Shown: positions 42,849 through 57,277, counted from the first letter of the stretch. The stretch: 64,000 bases of DNA from Amoeboaphelidium protococcarum X5 (GCA_023515725.1 JALDTO010000013.1:93715-157714); one strand, 5' to 3'. The notes: generated by a model not told the origin, from the letters alone. Numbers and translations are program-made.

Positions 42849-45626
42849 TCACATGTCTTCGAGAACGTCATCCATGACACCGTGACTATCATCAGAGTTG
42901 GAATTGGAAGAATTGGCGGAGCTAGTAGCTCTTGAGACAGAGCCACTTGTCGCGTAAAGGTTAGGCACCACAATCTGCTTAACGAAACCACCACTGCCAA
43001 CAGCCACACCAGTATTAAAATCATACTATTGATCATAAGCCAGTTGTGGATGATTAGGCTAAGACAGAGACAGTAAGGACTTGGCAAAGTCAGCATATTG
43101 ATGCCCAGCACCAGCCGACGTTTACCTCAACTCTTCCTATTGTTACGGCACCTGGGGAACATTATTAGACTGATACTGATCATCATCATTTTCTGCATCA
43201 TGGCGCTTCTCATCCTCCAACGGGAAGCTATGGACCTGTAACTAGGCCTATGGCATCTGCTGCTACTGAGACGGCACGGACTGTTACTATTACTGCGACT
43301 GTTGTTGTTAGGACTAAATCTGTTGCAGCATTGCGTGTTATTAACCGTACGATTAATATGCAAACTACTGCTAATGTTACATCATGTGAACGTCACTCTT
43401 GGACTTTTTACGGAATTATTGAGAGCCATGACCAGCATTGACATTTTCATAATCATCAACAACATCGTCAATAGGACGCGCAGCAGATGCAGCAATGGAT
43501 TTGCGCTTATTCCCAACGACAACTTTATTTCTGTAAACAGCACCCGAAGCACTGTGTGCCTGCAGAGCACCATTCTCCATCTGAGACTTTTGACTGGCAG
43601 AAAGCTCAACAATTTCATCACCATGCTTTTCCAACACTCGCAAAAGAGCACTCGGAATATTGACCCATGGATAGATTTTGATATCCTTCTCAATATTTCG
43701 AGGCTTTGGTTCATCAAAGGACATTAAACGCATGAAGAAATCCACCTAATTTTAAATAGATGCACCAGAGTAAGCCTGGTTGTTACTACTGTTATTCTTG
43801 TGGACATTCTTCTGCACACCAGGCTTAGGGATAGTCAGCGGCTGGAATCTCTCCAACGTTCGTCTAATTCTGTTCTTGGTCTCAGCCAACAACTTTATAC
43901 CGACAATCTTCTCCAGGAGATAGACCAAGTCAACACTAGTGATAAAGTAGCCAAGAGAGCCATCAGTCAATGGAGCAGAAATACAATTCACCAACACATC
44001 GCCGCTCTCACGCGAGACCTTGCCACTAAAGATATGCTCCAGTTAGACAATCTACATATCAACCAAAGTCTCATCGTCCAGCGTAGCCGGTTTATCCAGA
44101 TTAACATGGATGAGGTCCTGCTTCTTCTTATCGTGCTCAATGGTGAAAGCCACAATTCGGCGACCATGTGCCATCTCAAGCGGTGTCCATTCCTCGAGCA
44201 CCTCTTCAAATTACTTCAAGTATCTCACCGGCATATTGTATCCATCATGGCCATGCGTGGCGGTAGATTCATCACGATTTCTGCGCGCAGCAACAGACAC
44301 TGAACCAACAGAACTTTTACGCGGCTTCTTGTTCTACTGACGTGTCTACCTTTGCGCAGGCTATTATCGCTGCTATTGCTGTACCTACTGCTACTACTAC
44401 TATTGTACCTACTACTACTAGTGCTCCAACTGATGAGATTAATGTGAAATGTTATAATAAGACTACTGAGATGGTGGTCGAGAATAATGCAGATGCAAAG
44501 ATGGTGTTAGATGAGTTTACAGCTAGCTCATTGATGGACTATCCAGATCACGAACCACGGCAGATGGAAGGTCATTCACCGCAGCATTAGAATCATTATT
44601 GTCTGAAGTCCCTGCAACAGCACCAGCGTTACCACCAGAGTTGACATCACCACCTGCGCGTTCCAACGCTGAAGTCTGAGGAGAATGACGATACTGAATG
44701 AATTAGGATAAACAATCAGGATTGAGCAGAGGATTAGGTGCAAGCGATGGATCATTGTGAGACACCTTCAATTATGATGATGATTAAGATGGCGGACCTG
44801 CTGCAGAAGTGGTAGTTGATGCTCCACCACCACCATAAGAATAATAGCCACCTTGCAGAGTTGGATCATTAAAATTGCAACGGACATTACCGTCATCATT
44901 TCTGTTGTGATTCATGAAACTAAAAGCACCAATATGAGCAGTTGTCACAATCTGTTCGCCCTTCAACTTCAATATCTGAATAGGAACATTAACATCGAAC
45001 CACTATGTCTACTCCAAGGATGGTACAACACTCTTCAATATGATGATGGACTACACGCGGTACTACGAATTCTCTGCATTGTTGCTATTATAGTTCTCTT
45101 TATCTGCAGCAGCTGATTGCTATAACTGCTACTACTTCTACGTGTTTCCTCCCTTTGAGTTGACACATCGCAATGGAATGTTGGCACAGAGTTCAGTAAC
45201 TTCAGTTTCAAGCGGTAACGCGCCTAAACACAGCTAATACACATGATCATCGGCGCCATCTGATTAGACTCCATTTGGATCACACTGACCGCTTTGAGAC
45301 TATTGGTAGCCCTGACCACCCGAGCTATGATCTTCATCACTTATAGGTTGACTAATTTTGAACCGGATGGCCAGGACATCTCCCTGACGCCCTTGGAACT
45401 GGCTCTACAGCACCTCTTCCAACACTTCGCCATTGTCACAGGTGATCCGCTGAGTAAATAGCTACTAACTAGACGGATGATTATTAGCACTACCAATACC
45501 ACCACCAGTCCCGACAGGCCAGTATTGAGGTTGAATGGATGCAGAAGAGGTATTTAGTTCAGAAGAGTGAGAGTTTAACAGAAAGTCCTATTACACACCA
45601 GATTAATCTTGCACTTCTTGAGTCAT
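42849..45626 (-). CDS. medA: MedA (medusa)-like fungal developmental regulator, about 925 aa
   Basis: EWTPLEMAHGRRIVAF, FITSVDLVYLLE...KNRIRRTLERFQPLT...FDEPKPRNIEKDIKIYPW; polyQ tracts of mixed TAG/CAG; both termini approximate. Confidence 0.82.
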
Positions 45627-46340
45627 TTCCAGAGCAGCACGACGAGACGGTTAATTTTAATCACTTTAGTCAGCGAAACAGAGGACGAGTAATAAAATAT
45701 GGTACAAATAGGCAGCAACTGTTCGAGTATGTATGTATATGATTAATATACAACGTTCCAATTCAGAAATGGAATCAAAAGTAATAACTCGAAACGGATT
45801 AATTATACACAGTTTCTAATCCCAGACTATTCGAACGTCGTTTCGTGCACTAAAATGGATCGTTGTCGTCGAAAGGTGTGCGAGATGAATAAGACTCTCT
45901 CTTTCTCCGTCTCTCTCTCTCTCTGTGTGTCCACATCAGGAAAGACTGTTGCGTAACGCGTGGAGGCGTCAAGTTCCGACGGGTGCCAGAAAAGGAAATC
46001 GGCGTGTGATCGAGTGTCGCCCCGCCGCGTTCTGTGTGTTTTTCCCGCTCGCCATGCTATTCTGAATCCGCTTAAAAGTACCGGTAGATGGTACGCGTTC
46101 GCCGTAGTGAGGCGTCATGAGACTCTTGTAAAGTAAATAATTATTATTTGTTCTCAATTTCACGTGATATTGTCTGTAATCAACGCCTTAAATAGTGTGA
46201 ATTTATTACTTTCTCTCAATTCATTGCATAGTAATATGTGATGTTGTTTCCTATTGATATCGTTGCTACAAAGACAATTCAGTTCTTGTTTCAGTCAATG
46301 GCCACTTTCTGAAGGAAACAATCAACTTGTCAATTCCATT

Positions 46341-48064
46341 ATGATGAAAGCTTTCATATCAACATTTCTAATCATTACTTGTTTATACATCCAGGATGTA
46401 CAGAGTCTGAGAGTACAGTTGGATGGTAGTGTTGCAGTTGCGAAATAATCTGAGGGGTTCCTGGATAGTCTGTTTGGAATATCTTATTCTGTGCGAAGTT
46501 GGCAGATAACCAACCTGGTTCCAGATACTTCATTGACTTTAGAGGGGAGTCCATATTTTGAAATATAGCTAAAAACCAATGTAAGATTTAACTTTTTCTC
46601 TATCTATGAAATCAACTATTTACACACACCTTAGTGTAGTATCCGCTAGTTGTAAAGTATCTAACCGTGTATACTCAGGCGCAGTATCAGAATGTTCTTA
46701 ATAACATCAACTCGCGATCGGCGTTCATTGAGCCGTCCATCAAGAGATATGAGTTACCCACTGGAGACGGTCCACTTTTGGTAAATTTTACTTTAAATGC
46801 ACAGAATAAGCTACCTTCGTATTATTACCTCATTCTTTGGACTCCATCTCCAGAGTTCCCAGTGGAAAATCCAGATTATTCATATCAGGCGCCTAATTTC
46901 AGTACTCCCGTCACGTTCTCTGGTTATCTTCGAGTGATAAATGGAAATGGCTTAGGTGAGATGACCTCAGATGATAACAACTACTCTAAATAGTTTCCAT
47001 ACTTCGTGGCCTTATGGAGTATCATACTAACCGTGGTCTTTGCTGTATTTAAATATCACAAGTAAGTTTGTCATTTATCAAATTTGCATAATCTCGAATA
47101 AAATGAGAGTGTATGTCCGTGTAGATTGTTATAGTCTCCTATCCCAGTCTTTTTGTGTGCTGCTATATTCTGTATTCTTTGCTCTAATGTTCTTTAATTG
47201 GCGTATTTTACTGTGATACGATCGAATGGGCTGTATAGAGTATACAGACCTCTGACTAGTGCTGCTTACGCGTTCACTTGTATCAGTGATGGTTTGATAT
47301 TTCTACTCACTGCTACGATTGCTACTGGATGGTCGATATTCATCACAGCCGTGCCTTTACGAGAGCAAGTTGTGTTTTCGGTACTGATTTTCATTTATTG
47401 CCTCTTGGGATGTGTCAGGGATTCTTCAGGTACAGTCGATGGTCAGGCATTCATATAGTTGGCCATAGAATTTATGAGAATATGTATCAGTTTTGTGTTG
47501 AATATCATTCTTACTGCGTCCGTTCTCAGATGGAAGACTGTCTTTATGCTTGAAGGTAAGCAGAGTAACGTTTCGTTTGCATTCCAGTTCAAAGACGGAT
47601 AAGAGTATGTCATTGATCAGCAAACGTCGTCATAGCGAGGATCGTCCGTCTCAAAGTTGGCACTGTTTAATACTCTGAACTCTGTGCGCAAATTGAACTA
47701 CATCCAGCTTATGGCCTCTATTGTTCCTCCTTTCTTATTTCTGCCGACCGTGCTGATATTCCTTCAATCTTATTTGTTGTTCTCTATCGATTTTTGGGTG
47801 TCAAATGTGACATATAATGTGATTGCAATGGTTTGGTATCTCTATATGACGCGGTGTCTTATAGATCGACCTGTCGACTTGTCTGAACGCATGAAAGGTG
47901 TCGAATCTACCACCAAGACTAATCCGGCTATAATCACGTTCAAAGGCACCCTTCTGCTCGACAATATAAAGTGGTACAATCCCAATTTAGAAGGTATGTC
48001 ATTTTGGAATGGAATCTTTGGCGCAATTGATTCTTGGCTGAGAGGAATTCGAGCTTAAGATTGA
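46341..48064 (+). CDS. Signal peptide, luminal domain and multi-TM protein (GPR107/TMEM87-like); introns 46581-46639 and 47062-47124
   Basis: Signal peptide, F.G...N..G.M junction, about 7 hydrophobic segments including IATGWS; both GT-AG introns restore frame. Confidence 0.6.
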
Positions 48065-48142
48065 TAAATGATGAAACATAAATAGGGATGTCATGATACT
48101 TTCAAATAAGCTAGTAATACATTATACACAATCAAACACTAT

Positions 48143-50386
48143 TCATTTCAATAACAGTTTCACAATATTGTTCAATGGCTATTCTACCAATGCGTAGACG
48201 ATCACTGCAATTAAATGACTCCACAGCAAAACTCCACCGTATATCGTCAGAAAAAGAGGCCAAGAATAAGACTGCTCTCTCAACGTGCCGAGCAGTTGTA
48301 AATTAATAACAAGGCAATGAGTCAGATAAACGCAGAAGGTCAATCTACCCAACACGGTCCAGAAATTCCAACTCGCCAACTACTCGATAAACAGAAATTG
48401 AGACCATCTTTAATTCTTTCCATCAACAGAAGACACTGGTGAAGTTATCGATGGCCAGATAATCATTGACAGGCCGATAGACCAAAATATTCTAGACATG
48501 TAATGATACAGAGCATTCGCTTCAGCAGATTACCAGCGAGACATATTCTTGGCAAAGGTGTTGGGAAGCAAAAGTGTCGAGAGCAGTAGAGCTCCTCCTA
48601 TAGCATGAATGGCCGCAGCCCTAAGTCTCCACTTTGTTATGGCACTTTTGCTAATTTACGATGCTTATATATAAATAATGGCAGTTTATCTTTGTCGCTA
48701 TTAGACACATAAATAGGCTGTAACAATACCGATAATCAATACCGACAAATGATTATAACTTTTCTGATAGAAATTCTCCTACCACACTGCCATGTCTCTT
48801 TAAATATCGCGAATCCCCAACTGCGCATCATTAACAGGAGTAGGCAATGCTGGAATACGCATTAAAATAGACGGAATCATAGTCCACAAAGCCTAGCCAA
48901 TTACACCAACAAGCATTATAAGAATCCATCCAATGTTGGAGACTAGTTTACGCTTGGATATTAGCGGCAACATAAACAACGGAGCAACCAGATACAGGTG
49001 CATATCCGCCGATAAATACCAGTAAGGAGGATCACATTCTTATCCAATCACCTTGGGATAGAAATTGGCAATGTAAATTAAATGTGTCCACCAATATTAC
49101 GGACATGCTTTGTTTACATGATCGACTTTACGGTACCACATCGGACTGCCATTGTACTGATTACCTCCACCTAGAATGGGAAATATGAACCACCATGTCA
49201 ACATGACAATCATCGCCGTGGGAGTAAGTCTTATGTATCGCAAAAGAACATATTTAACGTAATTGAATCTCTGTGCAGATTTAGGATCACTAAATATCAT
49301 ATATGCAACCAGAAATCCAGATAAATAAAAGAACGTATCCACAGATAAGAAAGCATTCATTATGAGCATCATGGCCGGAGACTTGACAAGATCTATAGCA
49401 TCCAGTGCATCCACAGGAGCATTCTCAATATAACTACTGAAAGTATGTCCCAAAGCGACCCAGCAAATACTAACCACTCTAATCATGTGCAGAATCTTGA
49501 GCTCCTAAAAAGACCTGGAAGACGTATGAGCAAGAGCACTTAGCGTATTATACAGAGAAAAAGACTATAGGACAGACATAAAGCTCATCTACTTGCGCTT
49601 CTTAACAACATTCAACAGTTCCAATTCACTTTTAGGTAATAAAGTCTCAGCACTACTAGATTGAAACAGAACGGCATCATTCTCTGTTACACCACAAGAG
49701 TCTTATTAGGATTATAATTGTTAGTATTCAGCCATGACTGCAGCGCAGAATTTACGCTATCTAAACCAATGATCAACTACAGTGGATACGACTACAATTA
49801 ACGCCAGACAGCCCCAAACTATAACCATCGCCCAAGTACCTGGAGACCATTAGACAGGCTTATGAGGATGAACCTGATTTACGTGATACTCGACAGATCC
49901 CTTCTCAGATGATGGCACCGAACCAGTCAGGATCCGACCAGCCGTAGACACAAAATCCATCTAAATACCAGATTGACGATCTTGAATTTGCAAATTAATA
50001 AAGTCAAAAATGGCAGATATGTCATTAAAATTTCCACATACCTCAGGCACACAAATACCCAGAAATGATTACAGATTGACATTCTGACCAGCCGCTGAAA
50101 CATTTAAAGCACCTTCCACCATAACGTAATTAAACATCACCTGACCATCAACAGTAGCATCTTTATTAATCTTCAAACACTCTTTAAAATCACCCATAGA
50201 TGTAAATGTACCCATCAAAGCACCAACAGGTTTACCCCAAGCATCAAGAGCTTTCAGAACGGGTAGAGATTCCGGATCCAACGACAACAATTAACTCTAA
50301 CACTCTGCAGACATCGCGGCACTAACTTATGACGCAGAGTACTGCAGCATCGACAAAAGCGCAATGCAGAGAAATCTCGCCAGCAT
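48143..50386 (-). CDS. NRF-6-like acyltransferase-3 membrane protein, 747 aa
   Basis: NRF domain ALDAWGKP...MGDFKEC; IRVVSICWVALGH, SVDTFFYLSGFL, RYIRLTP, WYLSADMHLY, RLTFCVYLTH, LVEQP. Confidence 0.9.
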
Positions 50387-50624
50387 ATTAATTTAGTTTA
50401 AAGTGATAACTGATGCCTAAGAAATAAATTAACTTTGATAATGAAATAGTAACAAGATGGAACAATGAGAAAGAAAGGAGAATTGTTTCAGAGCGAACGA
50501 TCGATCACTTGACTGACTGACTGACCGCGACGATTGCAAAATTGTTCGAGCCGACGCGTTGACAAACACGAGGTTGGTAGACAGGTCGGCAATCTCTAGT
50601 TTTTATTAATCGTGAATAACTATA

Positions 50625-53007
50625 ATGGAGAGATGTTTCTTCCAACTGAAAGGTATAATAATAAAAATTATAGTTTTTAAAAGCATTAACGCTCTTATTC
50701 TTTGGTATGATAGCAGCATTGGTGTTATAATCGTGATAAATGGCTCCCGTTCAATGTTTCGCGATGGAGAAAATAGAGAAAAATTCCTTTAAGCGTATTC
50801 TTTGTAGACGTATCGTATTATATATTGTTATAATTATAATCTAAGCAATAATAGTATTAATGACTAGGATTAAACGAATATAAAAGCAGCTTGCTGCGTC
50901 ACTTTATAATGAAGAGAGCTTGAGTCTGTTCAGATAATTCGGTATTAGTTCTACTGAATTTCAAAGTATCGCTACAGAATATGCTAGAAGCTGTATCACA
51001 GATGGAGTAAGTTTACAGAAATTTCAGCGGAATCTAATGCCATAGTTAATACGATACGCGTCTAAAGATATGACGACAAGTCTTGGTGCAGAGTAGAAGC
51101 AAGTCCTTAGTACCGTTTCTAAATTTACTAATCTCACACATCCTGCTGAGTGGCCTACTTATCAGCAGTCTCGTAGTCTTGTCGGTGACCGGAAGAGATA
51201 GATACATCTGCATATTGGACCGACGAATAGTGGAAAGACTTATAATGCTCTACAGAGATTGAAATAAGCTGGTAGCGGTGTGTACTTTGGACCGCTAAGA
51301 TTGCTGGCCTGGGAGATATTTCATCGCTTGAATCAAGAATAGATTGCATGTGATTTAGTTACTGGTGAGCAGAGATTAAAGTCTAGTATTCTCACATCGG
51401 ATAGGGATAGTCTGCATACGGCTTCCACGGTGGAGATGCTTAATCTGAATGTCAGATAGCCGTACGATGTAGCCGTGATTGATGAAATTCAAATGATTAG
51501 TGACAGGGAAAGAGGATGGGCTTGGACTCATGCACTTTTGGGAGTTCCCGCCAAAGAAGTTCATCTGTGTGGAGAGTTGAGAGCGTAAAAGTTGATTGAA
51601 ACTATTGTCAAGTAGACTGGAGATGATCTTCACGTTCACAAGTATTAGAGATTATCGCCTCTCAGCGTTGTAAAATCTGAAAAGACTAGAGGTGGTGGTA
51701 ATCAGTTCTCCATGCTCTAACCAGGTGACGCCTTGATATGTTTTAGTAGAGCTGACATATTCTGGATCAAGTCGATGGTGGAGTAGAAAACTTCGCTCAA
51801 GTGTGCAGTTGTATATGGCTCCCTGCCTGCAGAATCAAGAGCTGAATAGGCTAAACTGTTCAATGCCAAGTAGTAGGCTCTTGCGAGGGGAGACATTAAA
51901 GCTGATGGATATGATGTTATAATTGCCAGTGATGCCATTGGAATGGGACTTAATTTGGCTGTGAAGAGGGTGATATTCTACGATATGAAAAAGATGAATA
52001 ACGATAAGGAGCGGGTGGAGTTGACTATTAGTTAGACGAAGCAGATTGGTGGCCGAGCTGGCAGATTTGCTGTAATTCAAGATGGTAGTTCTAGCGACTC
52101 TGATACTAAGGAGAGAGATGTCTCATCTACCACTAAGACTCAAAAACGAGTGTAAAAGGAAGCTGTTGGCGGTGAAGTGACCACATTCTTTCCTGCAGAT
52201 TTCCCTATTCTGAGGCGTAAAATGTCTGGCGATGATCCTCAATTGACTAATGCGACTATTTAGCCCACGTTTGAAGTCGTTAATGAGTTTGCCACAGCTT
52301 TGAGAGATCAGACTGGAAAAGATTTCTTGTTGCCTCAAATATTACAGAGTTTCTAACAGTTTGCCCTGCTCAGCAATGATTATGAAATGGCCAACCTGGG
52401 CGATATGATCAAAATTGCCGACATTGTGGAGAAGTGCGACCGGATGGCCAAGCGTGATAATTCCTCATCTTCTGGAGCACTACCGCTTAAAGATAAGTGG
52501 ACTCTAACTTGTGCACCTACAAGTTTGAACAAGGCAATGGAGGCTAAAATATTTGAAAATTTTGTCTTGGCACGGTGTAGAAATGAGCGGCGAAAGCTGA
52601 TTGGATTCACTGCTGTGGAAAATGCTTTGATAAGTTCTCCCGGACTGAATGCCATATAGCGTCTCAAAATGACTGATATGCTGGACGATAAAGAGAATGT
52701 AAACTGGTCAGAAACTCGATTATTTCCGCCTGTTGATGAATTTGAAATTCCTGATCCTAGGCAAGCTTCATAAGTGTTGCAGCACTTTGAGAATATGCAT
52801 CGAGTCACTATGCTTTACATGTGGTTACACTATCGGCTACCGTCCACTTTTGTATGCTGGTAGTCTGCCTCGTTTTTAAAGCTTTAATTGGAAGAAATAT
52901 TGCAACTAGTGCTCAGCAATAGTTGCCATCAATTTTCTGGCGGACGTCGTAAGTTTAAATTTCACTCTGATGAGAATAAGCGCGTTGAGTCTGTCCAAGT
53001 TGGATGA
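50625..53007 (+). CDS. SUV3: Mitochondrial RNA helicase SUV3 (5' exon structure uncertain)
   Basis: [61 protein letters not shown]. Confidence 0.93.
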
Positions 53008-53086
53008 TTAAAGAGTTTAGATTGTAAACATTGATGTTGATTGATTAAGAGTATATTCTGATTGATACGTGTCGCTTTTATTTATT

Positions 53087-54079
53087 TCATAGTTTAGATT
53101 GTTGCGTCAGTAGAGACGGTACTATTGACGCACCTCCGTCAACTACAATAGTTGCGCCGGTAACGTACGAGCCACCAGGTCCGCAAAGCCATAGCAAGGT
53201 CGCAGCCATGTCAGCACTTGTTCCAACTCTATTCATGGGAACTGAGCGTTTGATCTCTTCGCCAAAAGCTTGCAACGTATGGGCCATCATCTTTGACGGG
53301 AATGATCCAGGAGCAATAGTATTCACAGTGATATTGTATGATGAGGTGGCGTTCTAATGATCAGCAGATGGATTCAAGTGGCTCAGATGAATGGCCAAGT
53401 GCTTAGAAAGCATAGCGACCGCAGCTTTAGAAGCACTGTAAGCATAAGTGGGAAATTGCGGTGGCATCAAGCCATTTATGCTACCAACATTAACTATACG
53501 TGCAGGATCCGACGCATTTTTATCACCAGAAGCTTTCAAAAGAGGTAACAACCTACATGATTTGACACTGATTAGACATCATGACATCATTATTTATAGT
53601 AGTAAATGAAACGACTTACTTTTAAGTTAGAAAGAAGACTGATTTCAAATTCAGGTTGAGCACTTTATCAAAGGCAGTCTCGGTAAACTTTTCAACATCT
53701 TAAGCCCAGTTAGCGCCAGCATTATTCACCAAGATGTCTAGTGAAGTTTCGCGCTAACTCACAAATGAGACAACTTTCATAATACCATCCATACGACTCA
53801 GATCAGCATCAACAGCTACGCAGGCTCCCGGTCTAGAAGAATTCAGTTAGTCAGCAGCTGAGCGTACATCTTTCTCCTTTCTCGAAACTATGTAAACTTT
53901 GGCGCCATTCTAAACCAGAGCACTAGCGAACATGAAACCGATTCTACGCAAACTTAAATGAACATACTGCACCGTATAATAAAAGAAAAGAAATACTCAT
54001 CTTACCCGCGACTTCCGCCAGAAACTAAAGCAACTTTATCCTTGACAGAGAATAGACTGTTAATTGATAAATCGTCCAT
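53087..54079 (-). CDS. Short-chain dehydrogenase/reductase with peroxisomal PTS1; introns 54005-53944 and 53619-53553
   Basis: GGSRGIG across intron 1, LVNNAG, YSASK, IAPGSFPS, VDGG; ends in SKL-TGA. Confidence 0.92.
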
Positions 54080-55440
54080 TGAAATGTCAGTTTTATTGCA
54101 ATTTGTTGACAGGTTAATTCTATTGATTAAATGACAAAGCGATCGACGCGCTTTACCTTCTGCCGATAAAACTCTGTTGTTTATCACCTGTCAAAACATT
54201 GAATCTGCAACTGTATGACACACATTGCACTTATGATCAAAAGAAAAAGCTCAAGACTAACAGAAAATGAGGATAAATGTCATCTAAAAGTTGAAAAGAT
54301 ATATTTCAAACTTCATAAGGTCAGTAACAGCTAATCAATCGCCTTGGTCACATTTCGCTTGCTCCTCTTTCAAATCTTGAACATACTCCCACGACTCCAT
54401 GGCTTCATACCATCTCTAAGCACCATCTCGATGCCTAGTGCTTTTATTTTTTTACATGGGCTTTCCAAAGGAAAGGGAGCTGGTGAACCACTCGCCCGTC
54501 AGTCCTTGACAAACACTAAATCAACTGTTTACTAAGTCAATAACTAGGATTCTAATTAAAGACCCACTCTTCGATTGAAGAGACCCATAGGGCTGTTGCG
54601 TCCAAATCACAAATATTAATATCTAATACAGTGAAGTGCCTGCCAGTTGAATATTATTAGTGATGTCGCACAGAAAGACTTCGGATACATCTCGTACCCA
54701 GCGAGCCCCATGGTCGTTAAATATCACAAGATTAAGACATTCAGATGAGACATACAGGGACGGACGGGACAGGAGAGAAGTACATGACAGAAGATCATAT
54801 ATTAAACATTGCATCTTTACCACAGCCTACACACACAAAGCAGATGAAGCAAAGCGGTAATAATGTAAATTAAACGTATAAACTTAGCTGATATATAGCA
54901 GAAGTAACTAATGGCACATTGTGGCAGTAATGATGTCAATCCAGGGCGCATTTTAAATGCCAGGTATAATCTTGAACTTTGATTGCGAAAGAAGAAGATA
55001 ACCACTTATCAGACCATTTTATAGACATTGATGGCATCAGTAACCTTTGATCACATCATTGATCACTCCCCAGATTGGCTTGGCATCAAAACCAGTACAC
55101 CAAAGCTTTATCACGCACACTCTGTTTTCAACTAAGGGAATTACGCAATACTCCAATTTAGTGGTTTTATTACTTTACTGATTGAGCTACTTCAGTACAT
55201 TACAAAGTGGAAACAACATTACTAAACAGCGCATACCGAACTTCACAGACACCCCAAAATAAATGTGCAGAAATTGTGCGCTACAAGACTAGAAGCCAAT
55301 TCTATTCGGTCCATGCGACGAGCTTCCAAGATTTATCGGAAACAATTTTATACAAACTGCAAGAAAAGCGATAGCGCTGGTAAAAAGAAAGTGGAAGATC
55401 AAACTAAGATGAAATGTAAATCAGTTGGACGAGACTACAT

Positions 55441-55851
55441 TCATTGCTAGATTTTAAATCTTTCGGTTTCAGCCCTTCGCTCCTCTGATATTGAGCCTTC
55501 AATAAGCTCTCTTCTCAGAGCATTGGACATTTCCGGTCGGTAGTCTTAATTGATCTACCCCAGCATTACCATCTTGAGGCGCAATGTATTCCTCGCCACC
55601 TCCAGAAAGTCACCACCTTGTCTCTTGGCGGCCAGCGCAGCAAGATACACTGATCGCAGCACCAGGGCATGGTAGGCTTCTCCAATTGCTTCAAAATAAG
55701 TTTTGAAGAAGCCGTTGCTGAGAATCTCTTGCACCGGAATTGGACACCCAGGAACATTAAGGCCAGCGTTTGCTTCAGGTCTAGCCATAGGATTAATTAT
55801 GGCGCCAGTCCTTCTAATCGCGGATCTTGTTTGTCTTTATTGTCTTGGCAT
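55441..55851 (-). CDS. Small orphan protein, about 136 aa (alternative ATG at 55935)
   Basis: ATG-to-TGA open frame MPRQQRQTRSAIRRTG...ERFKIQQ with TAR=Gln. Confidence 0.5.
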
Positions 55852-56199
55852 TTCGAATAGTGGTGGAGAAGAGAAACTAGCAGCACTGATGGGGCTTATA
55901 TTTCGATTGATGGATATCTTTAAACGGAATGACATCAAACCTGTTTTAAACAGACCCATATACGAGCCTCCAATAACTGTGGTACTCATCAATCGACACG
56001 TTTTATAATAAAGTTTTCATATGCAGAGAGCAAATATTCGAAACGTTTGATGAAACAATATATCTCAAACACATTGAAACAATTTGAAATCTTTTCATCT
56101 CTGCACTTACAACATTGAACAAAAATTTAACAATCAAAGTTGGAGAACGCTTAAATGAATTTAATTTAAATGCATACAGAATATTTATTGCAACTTCAT

Positions 56200-56706
56200 T
56201 CAATTCGTCATTGTCGATTGCGCAACGCTTGTAGGAGTAATTTGGGGAGCCTCTTTGGTGCCAATAGCAGTTGCCTTCCCGGACGCAGTCTTTTACTTCC
56301 CAACCTTGCTCTTACTGAGTACTACCTTAGGATTATCTGTTCTACTGGAAGAAGCCTTGTTATTTGTAGTCTTAGTCTTACTAGAAGCGGCTTTTGAGGT
56401 ACTAGTCTTGGTGGAAGTCGTCTAGATGGAAACACTGTTACTTGAGCCAGTCTTTGTGGATGCTACCTTACTTTAAGTTGTCTTTTTCAATGCAGACTTC
56501 TTAGATTTGGTTTTGGCCGCAGCAGCAATTAACTTGGATGCAGCGTTGGACTTATCTGTACTGGACGAAGCAAGATTAGGATTGTTCATTTTCGCTGATT
56601 ACTGTGCCGCTTCAGCTTCAGACTTTCTGTACTGATCAACTGCGAGGTCTTGAGCCAACTGCCGTGCAAGTTTTTTAGTCTGGGCAGATACTTTTATTTT
56701 TGGCAT
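56200..56706 (-). CDS. Basic Lys/Ser/Thr/Ala-rich protein, 168 aa (composition like a histone H1 tail)
   Basis: MPKIKVSAQTKKLARQ...AAAAKTKSKKSALKK...TGA. Confidence 0.55.
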
Positions 56707-56851
56707 TGTGTGTTTCAATTTGAAGAAGAAGTAACTGCGCATGTAAAAAAAATCGATGACGTGTGATTGAGATCAGACCAGTTCAATTTGGCATCAACAC
56801 CATAACTCCTGGTTTCATGCTCTGAATTATAGTTTAACTTTGGAATCAACA

Positions 56852-57160
56852 ATGGCGAAAAAGTATTTCTCGAACTCGTAACGTAGGCGTCATTAAATGC
56901 GTCTAAAGCTGAAATCGCTGGGTGTCGTCAAAGTTGATGACATTGTCTTGACTTCGTTTCTAAAGCTGTCTTTAGTTGGCCTCGACAACGATCATCTGGC
57001 AATCGAAGTGTATAATGAACTTTTGGATAGAAAGAGGAAGGTAACAAATGCATTCAAGTCTAAAAATTCCCATGCAAGTTTGACAGATTTCGCTTACATA
57101 TTGGAGAGTGGCAAGTTTGCATCTGACTTGAAGAAGAGACTGCGTTACAAGATGAAGTGA
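56852..57160 (+). CDS. Small basic orphan protein, 102 aa
   Basis: MAKKYFSNSQRRRHQMRLKLKS...LKKRLRYKMK-TGA; divergent from the 56706 gene. Confidence 0.55.
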
Positions 57161-57277
57161 TTAGACGTGACTTGGAATTTAAAAGTGATAAAAGAATCAA
57201 TCTAAAAGCTTAATAACATTGAAAGAATTTATCTGAATATATTCATTGAATTGAATTGAATTTCATTGCTATCACTA

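Noticed and set aside
44340-44425. (CTA/CTG)n repeats here and at 14025-14050 as satellite or CRISPR-like arrays
   Set aside because: They are polyglutamine codon runs inside MedA and Fmp27. No repeat-spacer structure was seen anywhere in the window.
45893-45930. (CT)n/(GT)n tracts here and at 30237 and 63615
   Set aside because: Ordinary short microsatellites in intergenic DNA.
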